A stretch of DNA of 63,621 bases, filler included, from Octopus bimaculoides (Eukaryota): assembly GCF_001194135.2 (NCBI RefSeq). It is 6 parts of 5 records of this genome, joined end to end, with 100 filler letters (N's around TTAATTAATTAA, not from the genome) between each part and the next. Parts side by side here need not be neighbours in the genome. Positions count along the whole stretch, not along the records: positions 1 to 28,430 come from NC_069003.1; 5 more parts are not named here. One strand, written 5' to 3'. Below the pieces are notes generated by a model. The model saw only the letters and a list, made by a program, of their open reading frames with translations, did not search any database and had not been told where the DNA came from. A program made the translations under genes and the position numbers. Numbering within the stretch: position 1 is the stretch's first letter; every line of letters begins with the position of its first letter. Shown piece after piece: positions 1 to 11,502 of the stretch.

Positions 1-55
<55 letters not shown>

Positions 56-76
56 TAGATATAGATATAGATATAG
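1..76. repeat. (GATA)n/(TA)n microsatellite
   Basis: Direct reading of tandem atag units. Representative of dozens of (TA)n, (CA)n, (TATG)n, (GAAA)n and (ATT)n tracts across the window. Confidence 0.95.
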
Positions 77-283
77 AAGGATGCATACATACATGCAAAC
101 ATTTGTAAAAATGGCGAAATGCGCATTTGTGAATTTCACAGTCACTTCTGAGACGATTTCGTATATTGTATTTCTTAACACACAGCGTCTTTAAAGAGAT
201 CTTTCTCGAAACTATTACTGCATCTGACCTTCTAGCGATATGCATAAGTTAATATATCTTATAGATAAATGTTACATGCTTAC

Positions 284-344
<61 letters not shown>

Positions 345-409
345 NNNNNNNNNNATATATATATATATGTATGTATGTATGTGTGTATGTATGTATGTAT
401 GTATGTATA

Positions 410-715
410 CAGCCTTGTCCAAAATTATGGAGCAAGTATGAAAAATGTGAGGATGCACAAATGTTCTTCAAAAAGCGAATTAGAAGCTAAAATTCATGAA
501 GAGTGGCAAAAAATTGACCCAGCCACATCCGCCATCTGAAGAATGCAAAAATGCATGAAAGCGGTTATAAAAACAAAAGAAGGACACATAAAACACTAAT
601 CATTGATGGGATAGACTCTAGAGTGTTTATTACACTGTTTTCAATTGTGAAGTAAATGGGTTTCACTCATGTTCTCTATTTTTCCATACCTGCTCCATAA
701 TTTTGACCAAGACTG
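410..715 (+). mobile_element. Internally deleted Tc1-like element (MITE-sized)
   Basis: TA|CAGCCTTGTCCAAAATTATGGAGCAAGTATG at the left end and CATACCTGCTCCATAATTTTGACCAAGACTG|TA at the right end form about 36-bp TIRs with TA duplication. The interior encodes a transposase C-terminus (ELEAKIHEEWQKID...MKAVIKTKEGH). Confidence 0.85.
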
Positions 716-1387
716 TATATAGATACATATAGAAATGCGTTTGTGTGTGCATGTGTGTGTGTGTATGTGTATCTCTCCATATGCATACATATATATATAC
801 ATATATATATATTATTTATACATACGCATATATATATACATATATATATATGTGCATACATATATATATATATTTATATATCAGCCCACCATGTGTGCGT
901 GTATATATATATATATATAAATATATGTGTGTGTGTGTGTGTGTGTATAGATACACATATATATATCAGCTTACCCTGTATATATATATATATGCGTATG
1001 TATATGTATATGTATGTTTGTATATGTGTGTGTGTATTTATTTGCATGTATGTATGTATGTATATAAAGTTCACGGGGTTGGCTGAACGTTGTAAAAACT
1101 ATTATCGGTGGTGGCTGTGGGCGTGGTTAGGATAATTACAGGCATGCGTAGTGGAATTAAATAATGGATGGGATGTCGAAAGTTGTGGCGAATCGGAGGG
1201 CGGGATTATGGGCGGTTGTGCACGACGGAAAAAAATATAACAAAAAATTTTTTTTAAATAACGAAAAGAAACAAAAGAAAAGCTTGTTGAACAGAGACAA
1301 TGTCGGGTGTGTGTGAATTTAGCCGTAAGATGTTTGTGGCGACACCTGAGACAATAACCAGGACGTAAAACATAATGATAATAATAA

Positions 1388-2019
1388 TTTCAAATTTTGG
1401 CACAAGGCCAGCAAGTTCGGGGGAACGGGATAAGTCGATTAGATCGACCCCAGTGCTTAACTGGTACTTATTTTATCGACCTTGGGAAGATTAAAGGCAA
1501 AGTCGACCTCGGTGGAATTTGAACTCAACGTAAAGACGACCGATATGCCGCTAAGCATTTCGACCGGTGTGCTACCGATTCTGCCAGCTCGCGGCCTTTA
1601 ATAATACTAATAATCCTTTCTATGAAAGGAGCAAGGCCTGAGATTTTGGAAGAAGGGACGAGTCGATTACATCGACCCCAGTGTTTCACTGCTACTTAAT
1701 TGATCGACCCCGAAATGACCTCGGCTGAATTTGAACTCAGAACAAAAAGATGGACGAAATACTGCTAAGCATTTAGTCTGGTGTGCTAACGATTCTTATT
1801 TCTTTATTGCCCACAAGGGGCTAAACATAGAGGGGACAAACAAGGACAGACAAATGGATTAAGTCGATTACATCGACCCCCAGCGTAACTGGTACTTAAT
1901 TTATCGACCCCGAAAGGATGAAAGGCACAGTCGACCTCGGCGGAATTTGAACACAGAACGTAACGGCAGACGTCCATCATTTTGCCCGGTGTGCTAACGA
2001 TTCTGATAGTTCGCCGCCT
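1388..2019 (-). mobile_element. Three tandem copies of tRNA-headed SINE family A
   Basis: Each copy has the block ATCGACCCC...TGAAAGGCAAAGTCGACCTCGGCGGAATTTGAACTC...GCTAAGCATTT. The same family recurs at least 12 times in the window. Confidence 0.85.
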
Positions 2020-2612
2020 GACAACACCAATAATGATAATAACAATAGAAATAATAATTGTCGTCCGATGTTAGGAATTTCCTTTTCCAACAGTCTAATC
2101 TGTTCTGTGTATATGAACAATAATAAGAAGAATTACGACAATAATAGTTGTAATGACAAGGGATGGCAGGCGATAATTTTTGGTCGCTGGAGTAATTGGT
2201 ACGTTTTAGTAAAGAGCTTAAAACAACAGTAAAAGGCCTTGTTCCGGCCAGTGTAATCGAGTCGCGCCAAGCACGTGTCGTGGTCACGTGTCGTCTTTGT
2301 TATGGTTTGTAATTTTGTAATCACGACATTAGTTTGAAAGCCTGTTATTTATAGTTGTTTTTTTGTTGTTATTGTTGCTTTTGCTATATGCCAGAACGGT
2401 CTATATCCTATGATATAGATCTATGACGAGACACAGGTCTATGATGAGCAGATCTATGATGTGACACATTCCGGATCAAGCTGGAATGTGTCTCATCAAT
2501 GTACCATTGTAATACATATACAGTATATAAGAAGAAAATGGAGAGGTTTAATAGATAAGCATCCCTTTTAAAATGTATCTACATCCTCAAAATAACATAT
2601 ATATATATATAT

Positions 2613-3015
2613 ATCGCCCAAAACCACTCCCAAATTATTACTGCTACTAATTCCTTCTACAACGTTAAGCGACACACATACACACACAAACACACACACA
2701 CACTAATAAATAAACAGCCAAACCACACACACACACACACACACACACATACGCACATACACGTTCTGTTATTACACACACACACACGGACCCGCGCGCA
2801 CGCACACATACTTACCTCCCTCTCTTGCACTCTCCTTCCGGTCATTCCACAATGTATCCTCGTGGATATCGTTGGCGATTTTTTCTTCCTCCGTCTTCCC
2901 TTCTTTGGACTGTCCTATGTTTCCGACGAAGCGCTCCGCTCGAAACGTCAAATTCTCTTTCTTTCCTTTCCTGAGCGTCCAGTAACACAATATCTGTATC
3001 ACGTCCTCGCGTTGT
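2613..3015 (+). mobile_element. Penelope-related non-autonomous repeat (subfamily H1) with minimal hammerhead-like motif at 2919-2953
   Basis: Colinear homology over about 400 bp with the reverse complement of 49400-49850. Contains ttt-CCGACGA-A-GCGC..GCTC-GAAAC-GTC-aaa. Confidence 0.6.
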
Positions 3016-3056
3016 TTTTTTTTTTGTTGTTTTTTGTCGTTTTTCTTTTTTGAACT

Positions 3057-3095
<39 letters not shown>

Positions 3096-3169
3096 GTATA
3101 TATATATATGTGCGTGTGTATGTATGTGTTTGTGCGTGCGTGTTTGTGTGGGTATGTGTGTGTGTATCT

Positions 3170-3415
3170 TTTACCTTTTATTTGTTTCAGTCATTAGATT
3201 GCGGCCATGCTGGGGCAACTCCTTGGGGGTATTTTAGTCGAACTAATCGACCCCAGTACTTATTTTCTTTTTAAACCTGACACTTATTCTATCAGTCTCT
3301 TTTGTCGAATTGCTGAGTTACGTGGATGCAATCACACCAACACCGGTTCTCAAGCGATGATGGGGTGCAAACACACACACAGACACATTTATATGAACGA
3401 CGTGCTTCTTTCCTA
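3170..3415 (-). mobile_element. SINE family B tail module
   Basis: Reverse complement of ...GATAGAATAAGT...ACTGGGGTCGATT..TTCGACTAAAA...CCCCAGCATGGCCGCA...ACTGAAACAAATAAAAG, a block seen many times in the window. Confidence 0.75.
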
Positions 3416-5489
3416 TTAACCGCTTATCCCTTATAAATTGTTATTTTTCTTGTACTTCAATACATATTTTTCAGTTACTTAAGTCTACGTGAAATGGTTA
3501 TTCTATATCCATATAAACGTATAAATATTTGTGTATGTGTATATATGCCTATATACACATATATAAATGTGTGTGTGTATCTGTATGCATCTTCACTTTT
3601 TTCTGATTCATGGCTTAAAATTAATAGATAGCATGTATATCTTTCAAGTTATTCCGTAAGTAAACGCGCTGAGCAGTCTTTATAGAAACCACCTAATAAG
3701 TAATTAATTAAGTACATGAATGAATATTAAACTAATTCTATGTAATCTTTCCTTTTTTAATGTTTATAATGGATATACACACCCCTTTTACCTATTTTAG
3801 TTACGATATAATTTTTGAAATTCTTAAATTTTATTTTTATACAACATAACAATATTGTTTATAAGCAATTACCCATAGTGCCCCCAAATAAAATTTCCTC
3901 TGTATTAGCATCTTAGGTTTCTTAGCGTCTCGTCCCTTTAACTGGTAATTAACATCATGATTTAAAGTTTACTCTTATCCTGCCTCTTTTTTTATAGACA
4001 ACCTCTTTTATTATAGACAGCCTCTTTTTTATAGTCAGTACATCTGACTACTCCTAATGCCTTATTTCCTCCCTGAGGAAAAGGGATACATATGATAACA
4101 TTTATAACCATAACTAGCCATGAGCTGTCAACTCACTCTTGTCCTTTATTCAAAATAGACACAGTCTTCTAGTCTTAGATTTAGTAGTTGATTAAGAGAT
4201 AAATGAATTAGAAATGAATTACAATCCCTTACAATACTATGATCTCATTAGGCTTCGTGCGATTCTTGGAAGTGTAGTCTATTCTTAGCTACAATAGCGA
4301 CAACATGAATGTCTTCCATCTTCTTGCTCTCTTAAAATATTTGAGAAAAATTATATGAATGTGTACTACTTGTTAAAATTCTATTTATTTATTTGTGCAG
4401 CTGAAGATGGCACTGCATTTAAATTGAATGTAATGATTGCAATGTTTAATTAAATTGAGCCGCTTGAAACGGTCGTACTGCATCACTATTTGATATCCTG
4501 CTACTTATTTTGATTATATATATATATCGTAGATTTATAAACACGGCTAATTTCTGAAGAGTGAAAAAAAATGACAACGTTAATCGATTTTCGAATCTTA
4601 TTGGATTCTCATCAGAGGCACCTACCTCAATCTCACCAATCCCAGAGAAACAAGCTAACATTATGTTTATATACTCAACAATTTCAGCAGCCACAGGAAA
4701 CTGGGGCTACTAATTTGCATACCGTAAGCCGTAAGTGTGAACAATTTACTTCACATCCAGTTCCTGTGGAAGGAACTGACTTCTTACAAACGTACAAAGT
4801 TCCATCGTTGAAGTGTTATAACAAATACAATGCCACATTTTGAACTTGAAGAAAGTTTTGCATATCTTTACCATTCCACTTACAAATTATATTTACAATG
4901 TACGTTGTAAGCTGGCTGATTTCTTTTTCTGAAAACCGAAGCTTATCCTAACTGTCTTTTAGGCATTTACTCACAAAACCAAGTGCCCACCTTTTATAAT
5001 TAGCATAAATGTAAATTTATAATCTGGGTATAGAATCTTGAGGCTTCAGAGCTGTTATCCATAGTTATTTTCTTTCACCTTGATTTTCAAAGAGATATTC
5101 ACATCGGCTGACCTCTCTGACGGTAGATACTTTTTTCTTTTTTTATGCAACCTACATGATGTCAAGGTTGTGAAGGAAAGTATCTTGTTTTAACTTCCAT
5201 TCTTTAAAATTAAAGGGTTTGCAGATTTTTATAGTCCCGGATATTGTGATCATTTGTAGCATATGGATTAAGGATTTGAATTTTCTCCCACAAGAACCCA
5301 ACTTTGCTCAAGACGGGTTAGTCTGCATCTTGTTGTTCGAATGATAATAGGTATGAAGCCGAAAGTGTATCTTGGGTGCTGGATATGCAAACTCCTTATC
5401 AATGGTCCATAAATGTTTTCTTTCTCTTGTATTTTTCTCACGACATTGGTGTCTATGTATGTACAAGCGTAAAGTTCAAATTTACAGTA

Positions 5490-5660
5490 AACGGGAGACG
5501 AACGCAGGTGAAGGAACAATAAGCAGGTGTATTAGTTTGACGCTCGGGAAGAATGGAAAAGTCTTTGACGTTTCGAGCTTACGCTCTTCGACAGAATGAA
5601 TTGAAAGGCAAAAAATGGAGAGAGAACGAAAAAAAAAAAGGAAGAAAACGGAGAAAGAAA
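5490..5660 (-). mobile_element. Penelope-related repeat (subfamily H2) with hammerhead-like motif at 5562-5600
   Basis: Reverse complement reads CTGTCGA-A-GAGC-GTAA-GCTC-GAAAC-GTC-aaagac. Homologous to 21040-21275 and 60503-60700. Confidence 0.6.
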
Positions 5661-5729
5661 AACATATGTAGAGATTAATCATTTAACATGATGAAATTAT
5701 ATATGTATATACGTGTTTCTTTGTGCATG

Positions 5730-6250
5730 TATTTGCCCCATCACCATCGCTTGACAACCGATGTTGGTGTGTCTAACCGGTATTGGTGTGTTTATGTCAC
5801 TATGATTTAGCGATTCGGCGAAAGAGACTGATAGAATAAGTACCAGGCTTTAACAATAAGTACTGCGGTTAATTTGTTCGACTAAACCAGAGGTTCTCAA
5901 CCGGGGCCCACAGAAGCTTTAAGGTGGTCCACGAGTAAAAGATTGTAATTTGTGGGTCCCTATATAAATTTTGTTTACTAGGAGAGGTACCCCTGTATTA
6001 ATTGAAATTTTCACGATTTGTATTTGGAATTTATGTTAAGAATATAAGGAAATTGTTTCGTTGTTAGTTTTTACTAACCTACAAACATATTTGATTTCAA
6101 AAATTTACATGAGCACATATGGGGCTCCACAGATGATGAGATAGTTCTCAGGTGGGGGGGGGGTCCACAAGCAAAATGAGGTTGGGAACCCCTGAACTAA
6201 ACCCTTCAAGGTTTAGTCGAACATATCGCCACAACACAAGGCCCGAAACA
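5730..6250 (+). mobile_element. SINE family B tail interrupted by a hAT-type MITE
   Basis: ACCATCGCTTGACAACCGATGTTGG...TTCGACTAAAC, resuming as AACTAAACCCTTCAAGG after the insert. Confidence 0.7.
5888..6194. mobile_element. hAT-type MITE (307 bp)
   Basis: TIRs CAGAGGTTCTCAACC / GGTTGGGAACCCCTG and an 8-bp TSD gactaaac/aactaaac (1 mismatch). Related fragments near 18292, 26650, 27600-27757 and 27850-28103. Confidence 0.8.
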
Positions 6251-8665
6251 TGTAAAAGGTATGTATGTATATGTATGTATGTATGTATGTAGGTAGGTAT
6301 GTATGTATGTATGTATGTATGGGTGTGTGTGCATGTATGTATGTGCGCATATATGTACATATGTATATATATATATATTTTTTCTTTTACTTGTTTCAGT
6401 CAAATGACTGCAGCCATGCTGGAGCACCGCCTTAGATACACACACACACACACACACATATGTATGTATGTATGTATGTATGTGTGTGTGTGTGTGTACA
6501 TATCTCCAATGTTACCGAGACGCAGCTAGCTGTTGTAGGGGTGGTTTATTTCGAAATGGGAGGAGGCGGGGGTGACTGTTATTTGTGGAAACATCTCCAC
6601 TTAGAGGGGATGGGTGGAGCGAATCAATGGGAGAGCAAGAGAGACAGAGGAAGAGGGAGAGAGAAAGAGAGGAAGGCGAGTGCTTGCATGTGTGGAGNNN
6701 NNNNNNNNNNNNNNNNNNNNNNNNNNNNNNNNNNNNNNNNNNNNNNNNNNNNNNNNNNNNNNNNNNNNNNNNNNNNNNNNNNNNNNNNNNNNNNNNNNNN
6801 NNNNNNNNNNNNNNNNNNNNNNNNNNNNNNNNNNNNNNNNNNNNNNNNNNNNNNNNNNNNNNNNNNNNNNNNNNNNNNNNNNNNNNNNNNNNNNNNNNNN
6901 NNNNNNNNNNNNNNNNNNNNNNNNNNNNNNNNNNNNNNNNNNNNNNNNNNNNNNNNNNNNNNNNNNNNNNNNNNNNNNNNNNNNNNNNNNNNNNNNNNNN
7001 NNNNNNNNNNNNNNNNNNNNNNNNNNNNNNNNNNNNNNNNNNNNNNNNNNNNNNNNNNNNNNNNNNNNNNNNNNNNNNNNNNNNNNNNNNNNNNNNNNNN
7101 NNNNNNNNNNNNNNNNNNNNNNNNNNNNNNNNNNNNNNNNNNNNNNNNNNNNNNNNNNNNNNNNNNNNNNNNNNNNNNNNNNNNNNNNNNNNNNNNNNNN
7201 NNNNNNNNNNNNNNNNNNNNNNNNNNNNNNNNNNNNNNNNNNNNNNNNNNNNNNNNNNNNNNNNNNNNNNNNNNNNNNNNNNNNNNTATTTACGCCTACA
7301 TATACATACATACGGATATACAGATATATAGCACACAAACACACATACACATATATATATATAGATAGATGTAGATATATATTACGTTCGCACGTGCACA
7401 CAAAAGCGTACACAAACACACCCATACGCACATACATACATGATTAAAAACAAAATAAATATAAAAACGAAAAAGGCAAAAGAAAGGATTGAAAAAGAAA
7501 AAGATTCTTTTTTTCTAAAAAAAGCAGAAAGAAAAGAAAAGAAGGAGAAAAAAGAAAAATATATAAAGACAACTGGGCAACAACATTTTATTTTAAAAAA
7601 ACGTTTATTTCGAGTTTTTCAACATCATTTTAACAACTTTTCTACATTTTTAATATATTTTTATATCGTTTTTACCTTTTTTACTTCATCGTTTATATAT
7701 TTTTCTACATATTTTTTTTTTAATTCATCTTTTGTACACTTAATTATTTTCATTTGTCTAAATCTTAAAGCGGCATTTTTTCGAATTATTCTCTGCTGTT
7801 TCGAATACTGTTTGGGTACGACGGCTTCAAATGTTTTAGCAATATATCCTTTGAAAAGTGCCAGAAAACTAAGTCTTCAAATTCTTCCCAAGCAAAATAT
7901 AATTCTCTCCCTCTCTTTCTCTTTCTCTCTATTTCTCTCTCTTCTCCTCTCTCTCTCCCTCTCTTTCTCTTTCTCTCTATTTCTCTCTCTTCTCCTTACT
8001 CTCTCTTTCTCCCTCTATAACACAAATTACACAAAACAAAATATTTTTCTTTATGGCCAATTAAACCTAATTAGGATTTAATTAGCTATTGTTATTTTTC
8101 ATACAATCTTAATTACATCTTAATCACGACGAACAGATGAAAGAAAAGCGAAAACAAACTTACTTCCAGATTGAGACAGCAAGATATCGGGTTCGATTCT
8201 CGATTGAAATCAAATCACTTCAATTACGACACATTATTATTATTATTATTATTATCATTATTATTATTATCGATATCATTAGTTGTATTAGTATTCTAAT
8301 CCATCTATATATTCAGTATTTATATTTATTGATTTATTTTTCACAGAAAACTATTAATTAAACTCGAAAAGAAAGAAGAAAAAATTTAAAGAAAATCAAT
8401 TTCAAAAAGGGAGAAAAAAAATCATATTTCATATATTAAAATATAAAGAAATCAATTTGATAAATCGGGAGTTTATCAAATTGTTGAAGGACAGAAGGAA
8501 AACAGAAAGAAGAACAACATAACAAAGAAAGAAAGAAAAAAGAAAGAAAGAAAAAAGAAAGAAAGAAAAAAGAAAAAAAGAAAGAAGAAAAGAAGAAATA
8601 AAACGTTTTATTTCGAACAATCATTATAAGGATCGGTTTATATGGGCCTTCATCGATCGGATCTA

Positions 8666-8915
8666 CACTCACTGGAGTTTCACTCACTTGATCTTCCCTC
8701 ACTGGAGTGTCACTCACTGGATTTTCTTTACTTCTCATCACTAGACCTTCCTGCATTGGAACCGTCATTCATTCGTTTTTCACTCATCGGACCTCAACTC
8801 ACTGGTGTTTCACTCATTTTGGTCCAATAGACCTACGAACTTGCATTCACAGGACTTTCACACGTTCGAGTTTCACCTCGTTGGATAGCTTCATTCTCTG
8901 GATTTCCGTTCGTTA
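8666..8915. repeat. Degenerate 15-bp minisatellite (cactcactggagttt-like)
   Basis: Units cactcactggagttt, cactcacttgatctt, ccctcactggagtgt and cactcactggatttt at exact 15-bp spacing, decaying rightwards. Confidence 0.75.
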
Positions 8916-10314
8916 GATGTTGCCTTAATCTAAAGGATTCAACTGTGTAACCACACACACACACACACGATACGTGTCATTGGATTTCTTTCATCATTAA
9001 CGTACTATCATCAGTATTATCGCCTTGTGCTGAAGACTGGGTTTTGGATCTGTATATGCCATATCCTTGGCAACGCTGTCCATCCATCTGGTAATACCTT
9101 CGGGTCAACTTTCATTATTTTGTTTGCTCTATTTTTTTTGTTTTTTATTCATTGTACCTGAATATTGAAACTAATTCAAAGAAGTAAATTTATACATTAA
9201 TTTACATTTATTCTTACACATGATATAATATGATATATATATATGATATAATAATAATAGTATATATATAATATGATATAATGATAATATATATATAATA
9301 TGATATAATATAATATATGATGTCATATTTTATATAGATAGATAGAGGGAGAGAGAGATTACGTGTGTGTGTGTATTTTTGTATGCGTAGTTTTATCAAA
9401 ATTAAAGAAGTCAATACATTGGCTTCTTTGTGATTTAAAATTTTCAAAAATAACAATAAACTAATTAACAAACAAAAACTCTAATTTAAAAACAATAATT
9501 CATTTATTTATTCATTCATAAGCTCATAACCGTATTTACTTCAGACAAAACAAATTAAATTCTTCAAATATATTTTCATCGCTTCATTCTTCGTAGGTTA
9601 AAAAAAAAAAAAAAAAATTTCTATTCTTTATACTATACAGAAAGGAAAAAAACAATTTGAACAAAAGTATATTTTCAAAAATTCGCAACCTGTCCACCTA
9701 TCCATCCCTATTGTTCAAAATGGTTTTATTCCATTTCAGAACATATATTTTTTATATATTTATATAATTCCTCGATGTTTTCCTTTTATATTTTTTAAGG
9801 TGACGAAATATATTATCAAATCTATGTGTGTTAATATTCATTTACGTACACATTTAACATAGATTATATATATTTTTATTTATATATACATACTTATATT
9901 TTTATATAACTGTGCTTTTATATATGTATGCATATACATGCATTTACTGTACTCTTTTGTGAATACAAACGGGGAGAAGAGTACTCAGAAAAATATCCAA
10001 CTGGCGGAGCATTCACTTCATTCATCCTTTTGTCTCCTGAACGAATGCATGAAGTCCAAGAACTCTGAGTAGTGACTGAGTGAAACATCATTTGCTTGTA
10101 AAGACACACACACGAAGGCGGAAAAATAAAACCAATAACATACATGCATACATAAATACTTATATACAGTTATACATACATATATGCAAACATTCATATA
10201 TACATATTTGTGTATGAAATTTGCAGCGTCATTTCTTATATATACGAATATTGTATCATGTTTGCCTTCCATAGATTTCTTTAAAAAAAATAATTAAAAC
10301 TATAAACAAACAAA

Positions 10315-11502
10315 ATGAAATTCCATGCTTTTTCACAAAACTGTTATAATTCTTCATATCATGAAGTAGAAGAAGAAGAAATCATGTGCGAAGCAAACGA
10401 TATTCCGCGAGATTACACGTGGTTAGAACTCAAAGAATCGGATAGCTTTTGGGGAGAGAACCTCGATATGGTTGCCTGCTTTTGCAACTGCCAAGATATC
10501 TGTTCTGGTGACTGCAACAAATACAACGAAATTTATTGCACAAATGATTACGACAACAATAACAACAACAATGATAACGTTAACAACAGCAACTGCAAAA
10601 ATACCAATAAATTTATCACGAATAGTTCTGAAGACAGTGTGTCAATAGAACTTAATGGAAGCAACAGAATTAGTCATCATGCTTTGACGACAATGTCTAA
10701 AGGACATTCTACTCCGAGTGATGCGTTTAACTCGGTGTTATTGGAAAAAAATTATCCGGTCTTTTTTTATAAGAAATCTTCCCCGGTTAAATGGGGATCA
10801 GAAAGTACGGTTTCTCCTGGTAAACCATCGTCTGTCGACCAATCAAAGGTTACAGCGAATACGCAACCTCAACGAGTTCGTCACATCAAACAACGATTTC
10901 AGCAACATCACTGCAGCCATTGCCCAAAAAACGTTGAAACTATAACCACAGCAGCAAAAACAACAGTAACAACAACTACAGCAGCAACGACAACAATAAC
11001 AACAACAGCAGCAGCAGCGACGACGACGACGACGACTGCAGCAAAGGCAACAGCATTAACACCTAAACGCCAATCTTCAGTTCTTCCAAAGACGTATGCT
11101 TCGGATGAAGCTAACATTGTTGAAAATAGGCTCGTCAAGGATGTTACGCGTACAAATTCATCGTCGCTGATCAAGACCGGAACTACATGTGTGAGTAAAC
11201 GGAAGTATGTAAGTATAGTGCCAAACAATACCGTACCGATGAAATCTGGTGCCAGTGACGAGAAACTAGTTAAGTCTTGCAATTCTTCCGGAGACAACGA
11301 AACATTTGAGGGAGGAAAAGACGTGTTGAAAAAGCGTAGAATCGCGGCCAACGCTCGTGAACGACGGCGCATGAGCAGTTTGAATGTGGCTTTCGACAAC
11401 CTGCGAGCTGTGGTACCGGCTCACGGGAAAATGTCCAAGTATGATACGTTGCAATTGGCGCAGGTTTACATAATGAAACTTCGCGAAATTCTTGAAGTGT
11501 GA
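10315..11502 (+). CDS. ato: Atonal-family proneural bHLH transcription factor, intronless, 395 aa, C-terminal bHLH (11329-11490)
   Basis: [44 protein letters not shown] matches the atonal/amos/Atoh1 signature ([13 protein letters not shown], SKYxTLQxAQxYI). CAAAATG start context, in-frame TAA 12 nt upstream, long ORF in AT-rich DNA. Confidence 0.93.
   Translation: MKFHAFSQNCYNSSYHEVEEEEIMCEANDIPRDYTWLELKESDSFWGENLDMVACFCNCQDICSGDCNKYNEIYCTNDYDNNNNNNDNVNNSNCKNTNKFITNSSEDSVSIELNGSNRISHHALTTMSKGHSTPSDAFNSVLLEKNYPVFFYKKSSPVKWGSESTVSPGKPSSVDQSKVTANTQPQRVRHIKQRFQQHHCSHCPKNVETITTAAKTTVTTTTAATTTITTTAAAATTTTTTAAKATALTPKRQSSVLPKTYASDEANIVENRLVKDVTRTNSSSLIKTGTTCVSKRKYVSIVPNNTVPMKSGASDEKLVKSCNSSGDNETFEGGKDVLKKRRIAANARERRRMSSLNVAFDNLRAVVPAHGKMSKYDTLQLAQVYIMKLREILEV

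Noticed and set aside
240-1135. Overlapping YI/CV/HT-rich ORFs (also 6148-6529, 25428-25851, 49575-51188, 53259-54377, 61687-62181)
   Set aside because: These are translations of (TA)n, (TG)n and (CA)n microsatellites, which lack stop codons by composition.
4446-4843. Short ORFs with protein-like composition upstream of atonal
   Set aside because: No recognisable motif and no consistent splice signals were found.
6460-7447. Long ORFs spanning N-gaps (also 14990-15895, 24049-25133, 46042-47496, 48251-49379, 56479-57083)
   Set aside because: Their length comes from X residues in gaps, with no coding evidence.
7440-8081. 213-aa ORF upstream of atonal
   Set aside because: It is a patchwork of A-rich, T-rich and (CT)n low-complexity sequence with no domain.
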